Shown here one piece after another: positions 33,954 to 60,004 of a DNA stretch of 64,000 nt. The notes below the pieces were generated by a model. It saw only the letters and a list, made by a program, of their open reading frames with translations, made no database searches and had not been told where the DNA came from. The translations under genes were made by a program, and so were the position numbers. This stretch comes from the human T2T-CHM13v2.0 reference genome, Homo sapiens, in assembly GCF_009914755.1 (NCBI RefSeq), contig NC_060933.1; one strand, given 5' to 3'. Each line of letters starts with the position of its first letter. Position 1 is the first letter of the stretch.

Positions 33954-34949
33954 CTGCTGGCAAGGAGCATGGACCCAGCAGATGACATGGGAAAGACTGA
34001 TCCTACTCTGCTCAAGGCCAGGTCCAGCCCAGAACCACCCTACAAAGTGCTGCAGGAGAAAGACGTCAAAATTAGAGTGATGAGGGCAACTTACTGGTGA
34101 GGGTGAGACTTGAACTTTGCTTCTGGTTTCATCAAGAATTTGATCAATGGTGATGGAGCAGATGGGCTTTACGACAGTAGGACCCAGCTTGAGCAGAAGC
34201 AGGGAAGCAAGACCACAGAAGGCTTGCTTGCTTTATAAATGGTCAGGTGTAGGGAATAGGAGGCAAGAAAAGTCATGTATGAAGGACCCTGGGCTAAATA
34301 AGCAGCCTGGGCTATATCTGTAGGCAACGCAGAACCCCTGGAAGTTTGTGAGTTCAGGAAAGAAGGAAAGAGCTGTCTGTGGAATGTTGTCAAAGGCTTC
34401 ATCTTGACATTGATGCCTGCCAATTTTATTTATTTATGTATTTATTGAGACAGGATCTCGCTTTGTCCCTGCTTGGAGTACAGTGGTGCGATCATAGCTC
34501 ACTACAGCCTCGAGCTCCTGGGCTCAAGTGGTCCTCCCAACTCAGCCTCCCAAAGAGCTGGGAATATGGGCATGTACCACTACACCCGGATACTTTTTTT
34601 ATTTTTATTTTTTTAGAGATTGGGCCTAACTATGTTTCCCAGGCTGGTTTCGAAGTCCTGGTCTCAAGAGATCCTCCCACCTCAGTCTCCCAAAACATTA
34701 GGGTTACAAGCATGAGCCACCGAGCCTGGCTCAATTAAAATTTAAAATTCTGGGTGTTTTGTCTTCTTGGGTAGGCCACCTCCTCTCTCAAATCCCTGAT
34801 CACGCCTCTACACACCCCCAGCAATAAATTGTGCCGGGCCACACTCCGCAGCGTGTTGGATGTTAAAGAGTTTCATGGTCACCGTGAGACCATTTCTCAG
34901 TCCCCCAAGCAGCAGCATTCACAGCTAGAGGTTTTATTTTAGCTGCGCC

Positions 34950-36249
<1,300 letters not shown>

Positions 36250-36389
36250 TAGTGGAGACAGGGTTTCACCATGTTAGCCAGGCTGGTCTCAAACTCCTGA
36301 CCTCAGGTGATCCGCTCACCTCAGCCTTCCAGAGTGCGGGATTACAAGTGTGAGCCTCCTCTCCTGGCCCATAAAAGATTCTTTCTTCT

Positions 36390-37126
<737 letters not shown>

Positions 37127-37666
37127 TATTATTGGTCGGGCGTGGTGGCTCATGCCTGTAATCCCAGCACTTTGGGAGGCTGAGGCGGGCAGATCACGAG
37201 GTCAAGAGTTCAAGACCAGCCTGGCCAACGTGGTGAAACCCCATCTCTACTAAAAATACAAAAATTAGTGGCATGTTGTGGCACGCACTTGTAGTCCCAG
37301 CTACCCAGGAGGCGAAGGCAGAATAATCTCTTGAACCTGGGAGGCGGAGGTTGCAGTGAGCTAAAATCACGCCAGATGCATTCCAGTCTGGGCGACAGAG
37401 ACAGATTCCGTCTCAAAAAAATTATTATTATTATTATTGTTATTATTATTTTCCCTTGAGATGGAGTCTTGCTGTCATCCAGGCTGGAGTGCAGTGGCGT
37501 GATCTCGAACTCCTGATCTCAGGTGATCCAGCCACCTTAGCCTCCCAAAGTGCTAGGATTACAGGTGTGAGCCACTGCACCCGGCCAAAAAAATATTTCT
37601 TATGGCATTATCTGCAAAAGTTGAATATTGGAGACAACCCAAATGTCAATTAATAGGGGACTGATT

Positions 37667-37727
37667 AGTGTTACAGTTCTTTTAGAATTTGTCTAGCAGG
37701 CTTTCTGGTTTTTGCCCAAAAGCCTCT
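37667..37727 (+). pseudogene. U7 snRNA retropseudogene (possibly RNU7-21P, unverified)
   Basis: AGTGTTACAGTTCTTTTAGAATTTGTCTAGCAGGCTTTCTGG...AAAGCC; U7 Sm site AATTTGTCTAG 37686-37696; A-rich tail; perfect 15 bp TSD AATAGGGGACTGATT (37652-37666, 37752-37766). Confidence 0.93.
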
Positions 37728-37876
37728 CAAAAAAGTTTAAAAAAGAAAAAAAATAGGGGACTGATTGAATAAACTATGGCGCAGTAAGATGCAGAGATAA
37801 AAATGCGAATTTTGTCAAGAACCAAGATTTCCAATGTAAGAGAAAAGAGACACAAATATAAAATCAAGTATTTTTA

Positions 37877-38190
<314 letters not shown>

Positions 38191-38210
38191 TTAAATAAAA
38201 ACCTATAATG

Positions 38211-38342
38211 CTGAGAAATTACTTAACGGGTACAATATACACTATCTGGTGATGGATACACTAAAATACCAGACTTCACTACTATGCAATCTATGCATAT
38301 AACAAAACGGCTCTTGGACCCCTTCACTGTATACAAACAAAA
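38211..38342 (+). mobile_element. L1MA 3' end fragment
   Basis: GAGAAATTACTTAACGGGTACAAT...GACTTCACTACTATGCAAT. Confidence 0.75.
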
Positions 38343-38384
38343 CCCAGTAATGCTAAATTCAAACTGAGAATATCAATAGGAACT

Positions 38385-39053
<669 letters not shown>

Positions 39054-39350
39054 AAGTCATAATTACAAAAATAAATTAAAAAGCATCGATTTCCTAGTTC
39101 TGAACACTGAAACAGCTTAGAGGCAGGTGCCCAGTAACAAGAACTCCTGGCCATGGCTTTAGATCCCAGCCCTCACTAAATAGAACTAGGCTGAAAGAAC
39201 TGGCTGCTTCCAGAAATGCAGCAGGGGAAGTACAAGTGGGTCACCTTCTTGTGTTAGAAAGCAAGGACATGCTCGAAGATTGATTCGGAAATGTCAGACC
39301 CATACAGAAACTAACCTGGATGTGCTGTTCGTGACAAAATTTGAGGAAAC

Positions 39351-39812
39351 CGTAGTGGGTTGAATAGTGGCCCCCTAAAAAGATAGGTCCAAATCCTAAC
39401 ACTCAGTACCTGTGAATGTGACCGTATTTGGGAAAAAGGTCTGTGCAGATGTAATTAATGATCTCAAAATGAGACCATCTTGGATTAGCCGGCTGGGTTC
39501 TAATCCAATGTCCTGTGTCCTTGTATAAGACAGAAGCAGGACGGACATAGACACGGAGTGGGAGGCCCCATGAAGGCAGAGGCAGAGATTGGAGTGGCGC
39601 AGCTCCAGGCCAAGGAATGCCAAAGATTGCCCGCAGCCAGCAGGCACTGGGAGAGAGGCCTGGGTCAGGTCATCCCTCGGAGACTCCAGAAGGAACCAAT
39701 CCTGCCGACACCTTGATTTCCGACTTCCAGCCTCCAGAATTGACAGGCAAGAAATTTCTGTTGTTTTAAGCCACCCAACATGTAATTGCTATAGTGTCCA
39801 CAGGAGCCATAA
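39351..39812 (+). mobile_element. MLT1B/C MaLR LTR
   Basis: GTAGTGGGTTGAATAGTGGCCCCC...GTGAATGTGACCGTATTTGG...TTTTAAGCCACCCA. Confidence 0.8.
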
Positions 39813-39868
39813 AATAGAATTTCTGCAATTTAATGTAAAATGTTGAATAAATAAAAATCCATGAGTTC

Positions 39869-39947
39869 TGGCACATGTTTACCTATGTAACAAACCTGCA
39901 TTTCCTACACATGTATCCTGGAACTTAAAATTAAATTAAATTATTAA
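39869..39947 (+). mobile_element. Ultra-short 5'-truncated L1P 3' end
   Basis: CACATGTTTACCTATGTAACAAACCTGCA...AACTTAAAA; perfect 16 bp TSD AAAAATCCATGAGTTC. Confidence 0.88.
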
Positions 39948-40012
39948 AAAAATCCATGAGTTCACAGTGATGCTGAAGTTTAAGGGGGAAAAGAGAATGG
40001 ACAACAAAAATA

Positions 40013-42384
<2,372 letters not shown>

Positions 42385-42719
42385 TAAAGTAAAATATAAT
42401 TGTATACACTTAGATATGCATAGGGGACAGAAAGCATATCTGGCAGATGCTAACTATTGTTGAATATAGGTAGTAGATATTGGGGTGTTCATTAGATAAG
42501 ATTAATTCGCTTTTTTGTTTGAAATTTTATATAATATAAATGTTTAAAAAATATTTGAAGGTCAAAATATAATTAGAATATTCGGTAAGAAGAGTCTGAG
42601 ATCCTAATCGCAAGGTAGGAACATTCCCTGGGTTCTAGATCTTACTTCACCCCGCTGTACCTCTGCTTTCCCCATTTGTGAAAATGAAGGCCTCAGAGGC
42701 ATGGAGGTTTTGTGGTTTT

Positions 42720-43605
<886 letters not shown>

Positions 43606-45484
43606 GTGAGATGATTTGTAAAGGACTCTTTCCTGTTTTCCAAATGAGCTTATTACAAGGGCCCCTTTAAAACTGCAAACCATTCATCTTGCAGAAATGT
43701 GTTAACAGACCACTTTCACAAGCCCACTCTCCCCAGCATCTCCATCATCCTTGGTGAAAGGAACCTCTTTTCATCACCCTGACTCTCATGGGTTTTGCTA
43801 AAAAGCAGCAGGAAGAGAACAATGTTCATCCTTCAGGGAAAATTTCATGAAACAGTTAAAATCTCCGAAGGCGGCCGGTACATGCAAAATAGATGTAAAT
43901 CGCGTGCAAATCCTGGCTGCTGGAGGGCTCCCTGGTGTTGATTCCCCCACCTCAGCCTCCCGCCTTCCAGCACATTCTTAGTGCTGATCAGTGTTGAGAA
44001 GGAACCCCATCGATGGGAGAAGAGAGGGATCTTTCCTAAATGGGTTTTTTATTCCCAAGTCTTCTGCAAAGGGGTGCACATTCTCTGAAGTCTTCCCACA
44101 GTGCTCTTCATTTCCTTATATGTTCCTTTGAGGTTTTGCTTCCTGGGTCTGGAGACTGGAGCTAAGCCCTGGGTCCAAGCCTCCCTGACCCAGACAGGAG
44201 ACAGGGCCTCTCCCCATCAGTAGCCACAGCAAGCTCCTCTGTTTGCTGAACCTGCCCAGACACCAGGCCAGTACCTGCTGGGGGTGCTACTCGAAGGGGC
44301 TTGACTGGGGAGGTGAGGACCCACTGGGAGATTTGTACCCTCCTAAGGCTGGCTAATGAACACACACGCACGCATGCACGCACGCACGCACACAGAGAGA
44401 GAGCTTGTTGGGAAGAGCACAGAGTTGCATGCATCCATGGCCACGCTTCCTGATCTGTGACGTGCAGTGTGGTGCTCATCAGAAAAGGTTGGCCAGGGGG
44501 GTGTGTCTGTGCCCTAGTGGATCAGGCAGATTGCCCCTACTTATGTGGTTGACCATAGCGCCAGCCCTGCCTGGGGGTTGGTTCTTGGTTTTCCATCATA
44601 TGCTCGGTAATTTCCTGCGGCAAAATGCTCCAAAAGACTAAGAGATGAGGCGTATAAAGCCCCTCCACCCTGTCTGGCCCAGGGTAAGCTTCAACAAACT
44701 TTCATTCGCTCCTCCTTCATCTCTGCAGCCTCAGAGTGGGATTTCTGTGAGTCTCTAGGGAGAACACCAATGCGGAAGTCATCAAGAGTTTATGGGGCGG
44801 TAACCAAATGTCAGGTGTTTCATTAATAATCAACCTGCCATGTAAATTAGCACCACTCACCTGATAAGAATCAAGCTGACATCACCTAACCCTAACCCTG
44901 CCGCAACTAAGACTGCTCTTAACCATCCAGTTAAAGAGAGAAAGGGCAGAGTTTTATAGTCAGCTGTTGAATATTTCTGCTGAGAAATAATAACTCACTA
45001 TTTTGCCCAGGCCAGTCTTGAACTCCGGGGCTCAAGCAATCCTCCCACGTCAGTCCCCAAAGTGCTGGGATTATGGGTGTGAGCCACTGCGCCCGGCCCA
45101 GATGGACTTCTCAATCTTCTTGTTATTTCCTAAACTTAGAAGTGGGGCCCATGGGTTTGACACCCCTGCCAGGGTTTCTGGGGAGCTTCAGGCAGGCCTG
45201 TGGCCTGAACGCTGTCCTGTACTTCACCTGCACCCAGAGTCCCTGACTCCCACCCAAGTTCCCTGTGTCCCCCCCACACTCCTTCCATGCTTCTCTGAGG
45301 CACACCAGCCATCTCGAGAAGTGGATGCACCCCAAACCTCACCCCATGGCCTCCCACCTGAATACTGCCCTTCCCCATCTGAGGTTCCCTAAGACAGGAG
45401 GGTTGAAGGGACTTCAACTTCCAAGCTGGGGGAGTTGTCATCTGCCTGTGTGGTTACTCAAAAGCAAAGGGTCAATGTGGATTA

Positions 45485-46600
<1,116 letters not shown>

Positions 46601-47769
46601 TTACTCTTGTAATTCAAACAGCATGTACCTGTACACAGATAATTATTTTCACTTTTTTCAGGCTGGTTTTTGTTCGAGGAAAGGTAGGCAGGAGTGCCAC
46701 CGTGTGGTGGGATGGTGAATTGCTTCCCGTGTGGAGCGGAGCGCCTGGGTCGTAGGGTGGGGAGTCGGAGGGCAGTGCCAGCCCCGACGACAGGCAGGGT
46801 TTGCAAGCCGGGCTCCCGCACGTCGACTGCCTGCAGCCCCCGGTAAGGAGCCTGGACCTGGAAAGAGGTCCGTAGCCGCCGATGACCAGGTGGACGTTTC
46901 CTACTTGGCCTGCTGCCCACTGCTGTCCACCCTTCAGCGCACTCGCAGCGGGACAGAGCCAGCAGGCACTTTTCTGGCACCAAGATGTACATAGAGCAGA
47001 CGAGCCCCAATGCCCAGCCGGCTCTCTGGGAGCCCCTGGAGGGCAGGGACCACCGGGTCCATTGTCCCATTCCCAGGACTGTTGGGTTCAGCTCATGACC
47101 GTCACATTCTGTGGCTGTCCTGGGCCAAGGCCAGAAGCTGCCCAAGTTCACACAGCCGATGCCTGGGAGTGTCGTAGCCCCGGTGCCACCCGGCACAGAA
47201 CATTCACCCCCAATATCCCACGACCCCCGCACAGAGCTTCCCCAGCCCACCTGCACCTGCCGGAGCTGTCCTTATAGAGGGCCCGTGGCCCGGCCTCAGC
47301 AGTGGTGGTTCCCATGTATTCAGCCCTGATATGGTCCCTGCAGGCCAGCGTGTGTGCTGAGGCCCGGCCCACGCCCGTTGTCCACAGACAGAGGACCCCA
47401 TGACGTTCCTGCCCTTAAGGAGCCCCCAGTCTCACTGAAAAGCAAGTGAGGCCCCATGAGTAACCGAGCAAGACAGGAATCCAAGGGTCGTCACGGGTGG
47501 GCCAAATCTGCAGACAACATATGACTCCCTGGATTGTGGGGCGTCTGGGAGGGCTTCCTGGAGGCGTTGAGAGCTGGATTGAGCTGTGAAGGAGGGGGCT
47601 GAAGAGAAAGAACCATTCCAGACACGGGGAACAGGTGAGGCAAGAAAGGACACAGCATATCCAGGTGATAATGAGAGGACAGTTAGAAGGTAGAAGATAG
47701 AAGCCATGGCTCCAAACGCCTCTCTGGCCTTATTCTGTTTAATGACAGCTGTTGTTCCTGCTCAAACCC

Positions 47770-48070
47770 ACCTCTTCCTCTACACTTAAGCAACCTCATG
47801 GTTTTGGCGGGAAAGTCTGCCAGCCCCGGCCAATGAGAGGCCCATATCCCTCCCCCTGGGCACAATGATTGGTGCTGGATGTGCTTGTGACCAGGCTGGG
47901 CCAATCAGAGTCAACCCTAGCAATCTTTCTGAAACAATTGAGGAGGAATCTCTCTTTCCACTGGGGTTCCTAGGCCCAGAGATAAGAGCCGCATAAAGTG
48001 GGTAGAGATCATGGCGTGAGGATGAGGCCAACACAGAGGGAAGCAAAGCCGAGATGATGGAGAGAGAGTC
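47770..48070. mobile_element. Old ERVL LTR (LTR16-like) fragment
   Basis: TGATTGG...GTGACCAGGCTGGGCCAATCAGAG motif typical of LTR16. Confidence 0.5.
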
Positions 48071-48256
48071 ATTCATTCATTCATTCATTTATTCACTCTG
48101 TGAAGATATCATTAGTGTCTCCCAAACACTGTTCTAAGCCCTGGAGAGTCTAAGCCCTGAGCTGTGTGCCTGGAAAAACAGTTCCTGCTCTTGTAGCATG
48201 GACATTCCTTGTGGGAAGTTAGAGCAATAAATAAATGAATTAAAAGATAGGAAGAT

Positions 48257-51198
<2,942 letters not shown>

Positions 51199-52036
51199 AA
51201 TAATAATTTTTTAAAAAGATGTTTCTTTCCACCAAGAGAGACCACAGAGCTGGGAGCAGTGGTCTGCTGTCTGTAGCCTGGGGCTGGGACTGACACCCCA
51301 GCATTACTGAGGCCTGGTGACCACAGGGTTGTGTCCTCCTGGCTGGTGCTCCAGGGCTGGCCCAGCAGAAAGACCTCGCCTGAAACACCCCTTTTTCTTC
51401 ATTTTGAACCTTGGACTTGCAGTTTAAATTGGGGCTTCCTGTCACCAGACTTGTTTTCTTTATGAGGGAAACATAATATCTCCAGCACCCGGGCTGGAAG
51501 AGCAGGCAAAGCAGCCTAACAGTGCTCTGTTTGTGGCGTTCTCATCTTATGCAAAACCTCCTGAAATAAATCAGTCATCCTGCAAGCGGGAGGAGGCGGG
51601 GGCCAGAGGAGGAGGGAGAAGGTGGGGAGCCAGGGGATGGGACGCCCTGCCAAATGGGAAGAAATGCCCCAGCCAGCTCAGCCAAGCTTTACCGCCCTCA
51701 CTCCCCCCAGCATCAATGGGACACCCCAGAGGCCCCCACTGGCCTCCCCATCACTTTGTCTGCCACCAGAGGGCAGCACACACGGGCTCTGGCACCTGGC
51801 CTTCAATCTGTATGGCAGCTTCAGCAGGCCGAGCGTCTCCTGGCCTCCGAACTCACTGCCACACCTCCAGGGTGCCTCTACCCGCTCAAAGGTCATATCT
51901 GGGGGAAATGCAAATTTGATGTCTCTTCTGAGATATGACCTCTGCAAGGACAAGAGGGGCCTCTATGCATGTGGCCGGCTCGGGTACTAGGGGCATTGCA
52001 CCAGCCTGGCTCTCACAAGCCTCAGGGTGCTGAACT

Positions 52037-52295
52037 TGGGGAGGGAGGGAGGGGAGGAGGCAGCGAGGAGGGAGGCAGGGAAAAAAGGAGGGAGGAAAGG
52101 AGGGAAGAGAGAGAGAGGAGAGGAGGAGAAGGAGGGAGGGAGGGAAGGAAAGAAGGAGGGAGGAAGAAGGAAAATAAGGAAGGGAAGGAAGGAGGCAGGG
52201 AGGGAGGAAGAAAGAAAGGAGGAAGAGAAGGAAGGAAAAAGGAGGGAAGGAGGGAAGGAAGAAAAAAGGCAAGAGAAAAGAAAGAAGAAAAAAAC
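52037..52295 (+). repeat. GA-rich polypurine low-complexity tract
   Basis: GGAA/GGAG/GAGG repeats with very few pyrimidines. Confidence 0.95.
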
Positions 52296-52499
52296 CAAAG
52301 AGCAATGACTTCCCTATGCAAAATCGAGTTTTATAAGTTAGAGCTTTTTCTAACTTTAATTTTTAAAATTTAATAATTTAGCCATCACTTTCTTTTTGTG
52401 CAGATGTTATTCAAAATTTCCAGCGAAATTCTGAATTTCTCTGCAGAGAGAAAGCGTGCCGCTCCAAGTGTCGAGGGTTAGAAATGAGAATTCGAAGTC

Positions 52500-52650
52500 T
52501 TGTGTCCTGGAAAGTTTTGATAAGCAAATACGGCTGAGCTCCCGCGCTCTCTTCATTGGCTGCTTGTTCACCGCCAGATTTTGACACAAATAATCAGATT
52601 GAAAATCAGGGAGGGGAACAGAAGAGGAAAAACACACAGAGAGACAGAGC
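52500..52650 (+). promoter_or_regulatory. GFI1B: GFI1B proximal (erythroid/megakaryocytic) promoter
   Basis: TGATAAG GATA site 52518-52524; inverted CCAAT (ATTGG) 52555-52559; clustered AATC/GATT GFI1-type cores 52577-52607; consistent with known GATA1/NF-Y activation and autorepression. Confidence 0.8.
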
Positions 52651-52781
52651 AAAAAGGAGAAGTATCTATTTGTGCAAAGAGTCACACAGTTGACAGAGTG
52701 GAGGCCAGTCCCGAGAGAGGCTTTGCAGTTCCCACCTCGGGAAGCTCCGGCAGAACCCAGGCGAGGGACAGCTCCGGACAG
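52650..52781 (+). other. GFI1B: GFI1B non-coding exon 1 (start approximate)
   Basis: Ends ...GCTCCGGACAG|gtgagt (perfect donor at 52782), directly downstream of the promoter motifs. Confidence 0.8.
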
Positions 52782-53186
52782 GTGAGTGCTGGAGGATGCG
52801 TTTCTACGCTTTTGTTTTGAAATGTGCCTGTGCGCCGCAGGTGGCTTCACAGCAGGCTCCCTGGCTCCTCCTGCGGTCCTAGGAAAGGTGAGGTGGGCTG
52901 GAAAAGCTCTGGAAGGCAAGGAGCCAAGGGAGAAACAGGGTGAGGACGTAGCCTCGTCTGAGCCACTGTGCTAGGAATTGCGCCTTTGCCGGCTGCGCAG
53001 AAACACTTTTCAAAATTTGATTTTAGGCTGACAGACGTCACCTTCGGGCACAAAGTCATACCCACAACCCAGCTGTCCTGGGGACCTGGGCAGTGCTCAG
53101 GGAGACACACTTCCAAGTGCCTGAGTTGTGTTCCCCCTCGGAGACAGTCCCAGACTTTAGGGACTTGACTAAAGTTCCTGGGACAC

Positions 53187-57434
<4,248 letters not shown>

Positions 57435-60004
57435 TGATTTTTCTCCCCTCTTGCCCCAGCACCCTGCATTTCCCTCTGTGCTGCAGGCGGTGTTCACCGG
57501 GTGCTGTGAGGACCTCTGACAGTGCTGGGTGGCACAGTGGCTTGAGAGTAAAATCCTAACAGGCCAGGAGCCCTGGGTCTGAGTCACTTTCCTCTCTGCA
57601 CCTCAGTTTTCCCACCTGCAACCTGGGAAGACACTGCTTGACACGGGCACACGAGGGAGCTTCAAACTGCTGTTTTCATCCCTAGCACGTCGGCTCCACT
57701 CCCTCTGCAGAGAGAAGCCCATGCCGGGCACTGCCCAGCACTTGGCACCCATTCTGCACCGAGTAACTGCCCACCTGCTGGGCTGAAAGTCAAGAGCATG
57801 GAGGCCTGGGGCCAGACAGACCCCAGTCCTTCCCTGCTCACTCTGCCCCAGGGTCCTGAGCCCTCCAGGCTTCAGCTCCTTCTTTATAAAATGGGACAGC
57901 AGCGGGACTCAGCATCTGGATTAAGCATCAGAATTAAAGGTGTAATAAACAAGGCAGGCTAAGCAGCCCCCTGCCAGAAGGTTTGACCAGCTCCTCTTCT
58001 ATCACAGAAGCCTTGGCGAGTACCTTTGGTTCTAGTTGATTTCCTCATAAATATTATGCGCAAAAAAGGATAATCTTTTGATATTTTGATAGGCAAACCA
58101 TGACCCTCACAGGCCCCCTCAAAACAAAGTGCAAGGGGAACCCCACACCCCCAGTCCTCCTCCTGCTCACTGGGTCCCCTCCTCTCCCCCTAGGGTCTGG
58201 CCTCCCCATGGGCTTTCTTGAAGCGAAGAAGAGTTAAAAGCGGGAAGGAAGGGGGGTGTGGGGAGCCCTGGTGAGGGAGGGGGAGGAGGCAAGAGGAGGA
58301 AGACGTGTCCCTGGGAGATAAGGCCGTGGGCTGCCCCCGGCCCGAGCCTGTGTTCAGAGAGCCGAGAATCTGACCGCGGGAAGGGACCCCAGAGGCCTTC
58401 AAGGTCCTTTCTCCTAATTTTAGAGCTCAGAGAGTACAGGGCCTTGAGCGCGGCCCTGGCTTCTGGGAGGCTGCTGCAGCCCTTGGCACAGGGCTTACCC
58501 CGTCCTTTGAATGCACCTGCAGTGGGCTGGGTGCTGGGATGCGGGGGAGCACATGCTGAGCACCTCTCACACTCGCTCCTGATGGATAAAGGTCCTTTCT
58601 CGCTCCCCACCATCCCATGTGGTTGGATTGGGATCCCCGTTTAGCAGATATGAGCACTGAGGCTCAGTGATGAGCCTTACAGCAGGCAAGGGCTGGGCCT
58701 GAGCTTGGCCCCCTGTGCAGAGCCCCCAGTCCAAACTCTTGATGCCCCCAGGCTCTGGGCCAGGGGGAAGCAGGCCTGGGCATAGTCGGGTCCCTCTTCT
58801 GCCTGGCTGTGGTTCATCTCCTTGGGGAAGGGGTGAGTCCCTGGCCCTTTTCCAAGCTGCATTCTCTAATCTCCCACCTCCCACCCTGCTCCTGGGCCAA
58901 GGCCTTATCACCCAGGCCCTCACTGCTGTTCTGAAGCAGCTGTGATCCCTCTCCCGCCTTCTCCGGACCCTATCACCCCTGCAGCCTTGCATGGCGGCTG
59001 GCCCAAGGGGTGGGGGGGTGGGACTCCTCTGACGCCTCAGGCATGGGCCTGGTGTCGGCCTGGGTGCAGCGTGGGGGCAGAAAGGATAGAGGACCACCAG
59101 AAGATGCTCTCCAGAGTGCCCGGGGGAACCTCACAGGCTGAGTGCAGGGATGTGAACCATTCTGGGGGCCAGGCAGGGCTCTCAGCTCCAGAGGGCTCTG
59201 CAGGGGAAGCCAGGAGTCCTGGGGTGGTCAAGTTGGTCCAGCCCTGTCACTCCCTGACTCTGCCTGGGATGGTCCCTTGACTGATGTGGTCCTTGGTTTC
59301 TTCTCCCACTCCCTGACTGGTGGGGTTGGTAGTGATGCTGGGCTGCCCACGGAAGCTGGGGGCTGTTCGCCTCTTCTCCTGTGTCCATGAAACCTCAGGC
59401 CTCCAGGTGCAGTGGAGTTGGGGGTCCTCTCAGGTCTTGAGTCCCCACACCCCACTCCTCAGAGAGAGAAAGCCCCTGTCTCTCTAGGGAACAGACTCTG
59501 GGCCAGGGCTGTGGACAAGGCGCAGCCGTGCTCTGGCGGCTGTGGCTTGCGGCTTGCAGGAGCACGTGGATTGGCAATGTCCCCTCGTTTGCTGCAGCTT
59601 CTCTGCCAGAGCCCCCAGTGATAGACACTGAACACCTGTGATGCACCTGTCAGCACTGCAAGCCTGGACATCCCCACTTACAGCAAAGGGGATAGGCCCA
59701 GAGAGGTTAAGTGTGTGTCCCAAATTGCACAGCAAGTGAACTGAGATTCTAACCCACGAACCACTGATTCCAAAACCTAAGCTCAGACCACCCGTTTCTA
59801 TGGCCTCTGAAGGTGAATCTCACTGGTACCCAAATGTAGCTTTCTAGAATTGGGGTCCACTGTGTGTCACAGAGGGAGACCCCAGTCCCTGCCTTTCCTT
59901 TTCTGCTCCATTGCAGCCCAGGTCATGCCAATGGGAGCAGGCTTGTCTGAGCGTTTTCTAGGGGGCGATGCATTCATTTCCTGGTGAAGGAGCAGTGAGG
60001 GAAG

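Noticed and set aside
44885-44899. Interstitial telomeric repeat
   Set aside because: Only about 2.5 CCCTAA units; compatible with chance
51886-52373. Arg/Glu/Gly-rich and Pro/Ser/Phe-rich ORFs
   Set aside because: Translations of the GA-rich low-complexity tract
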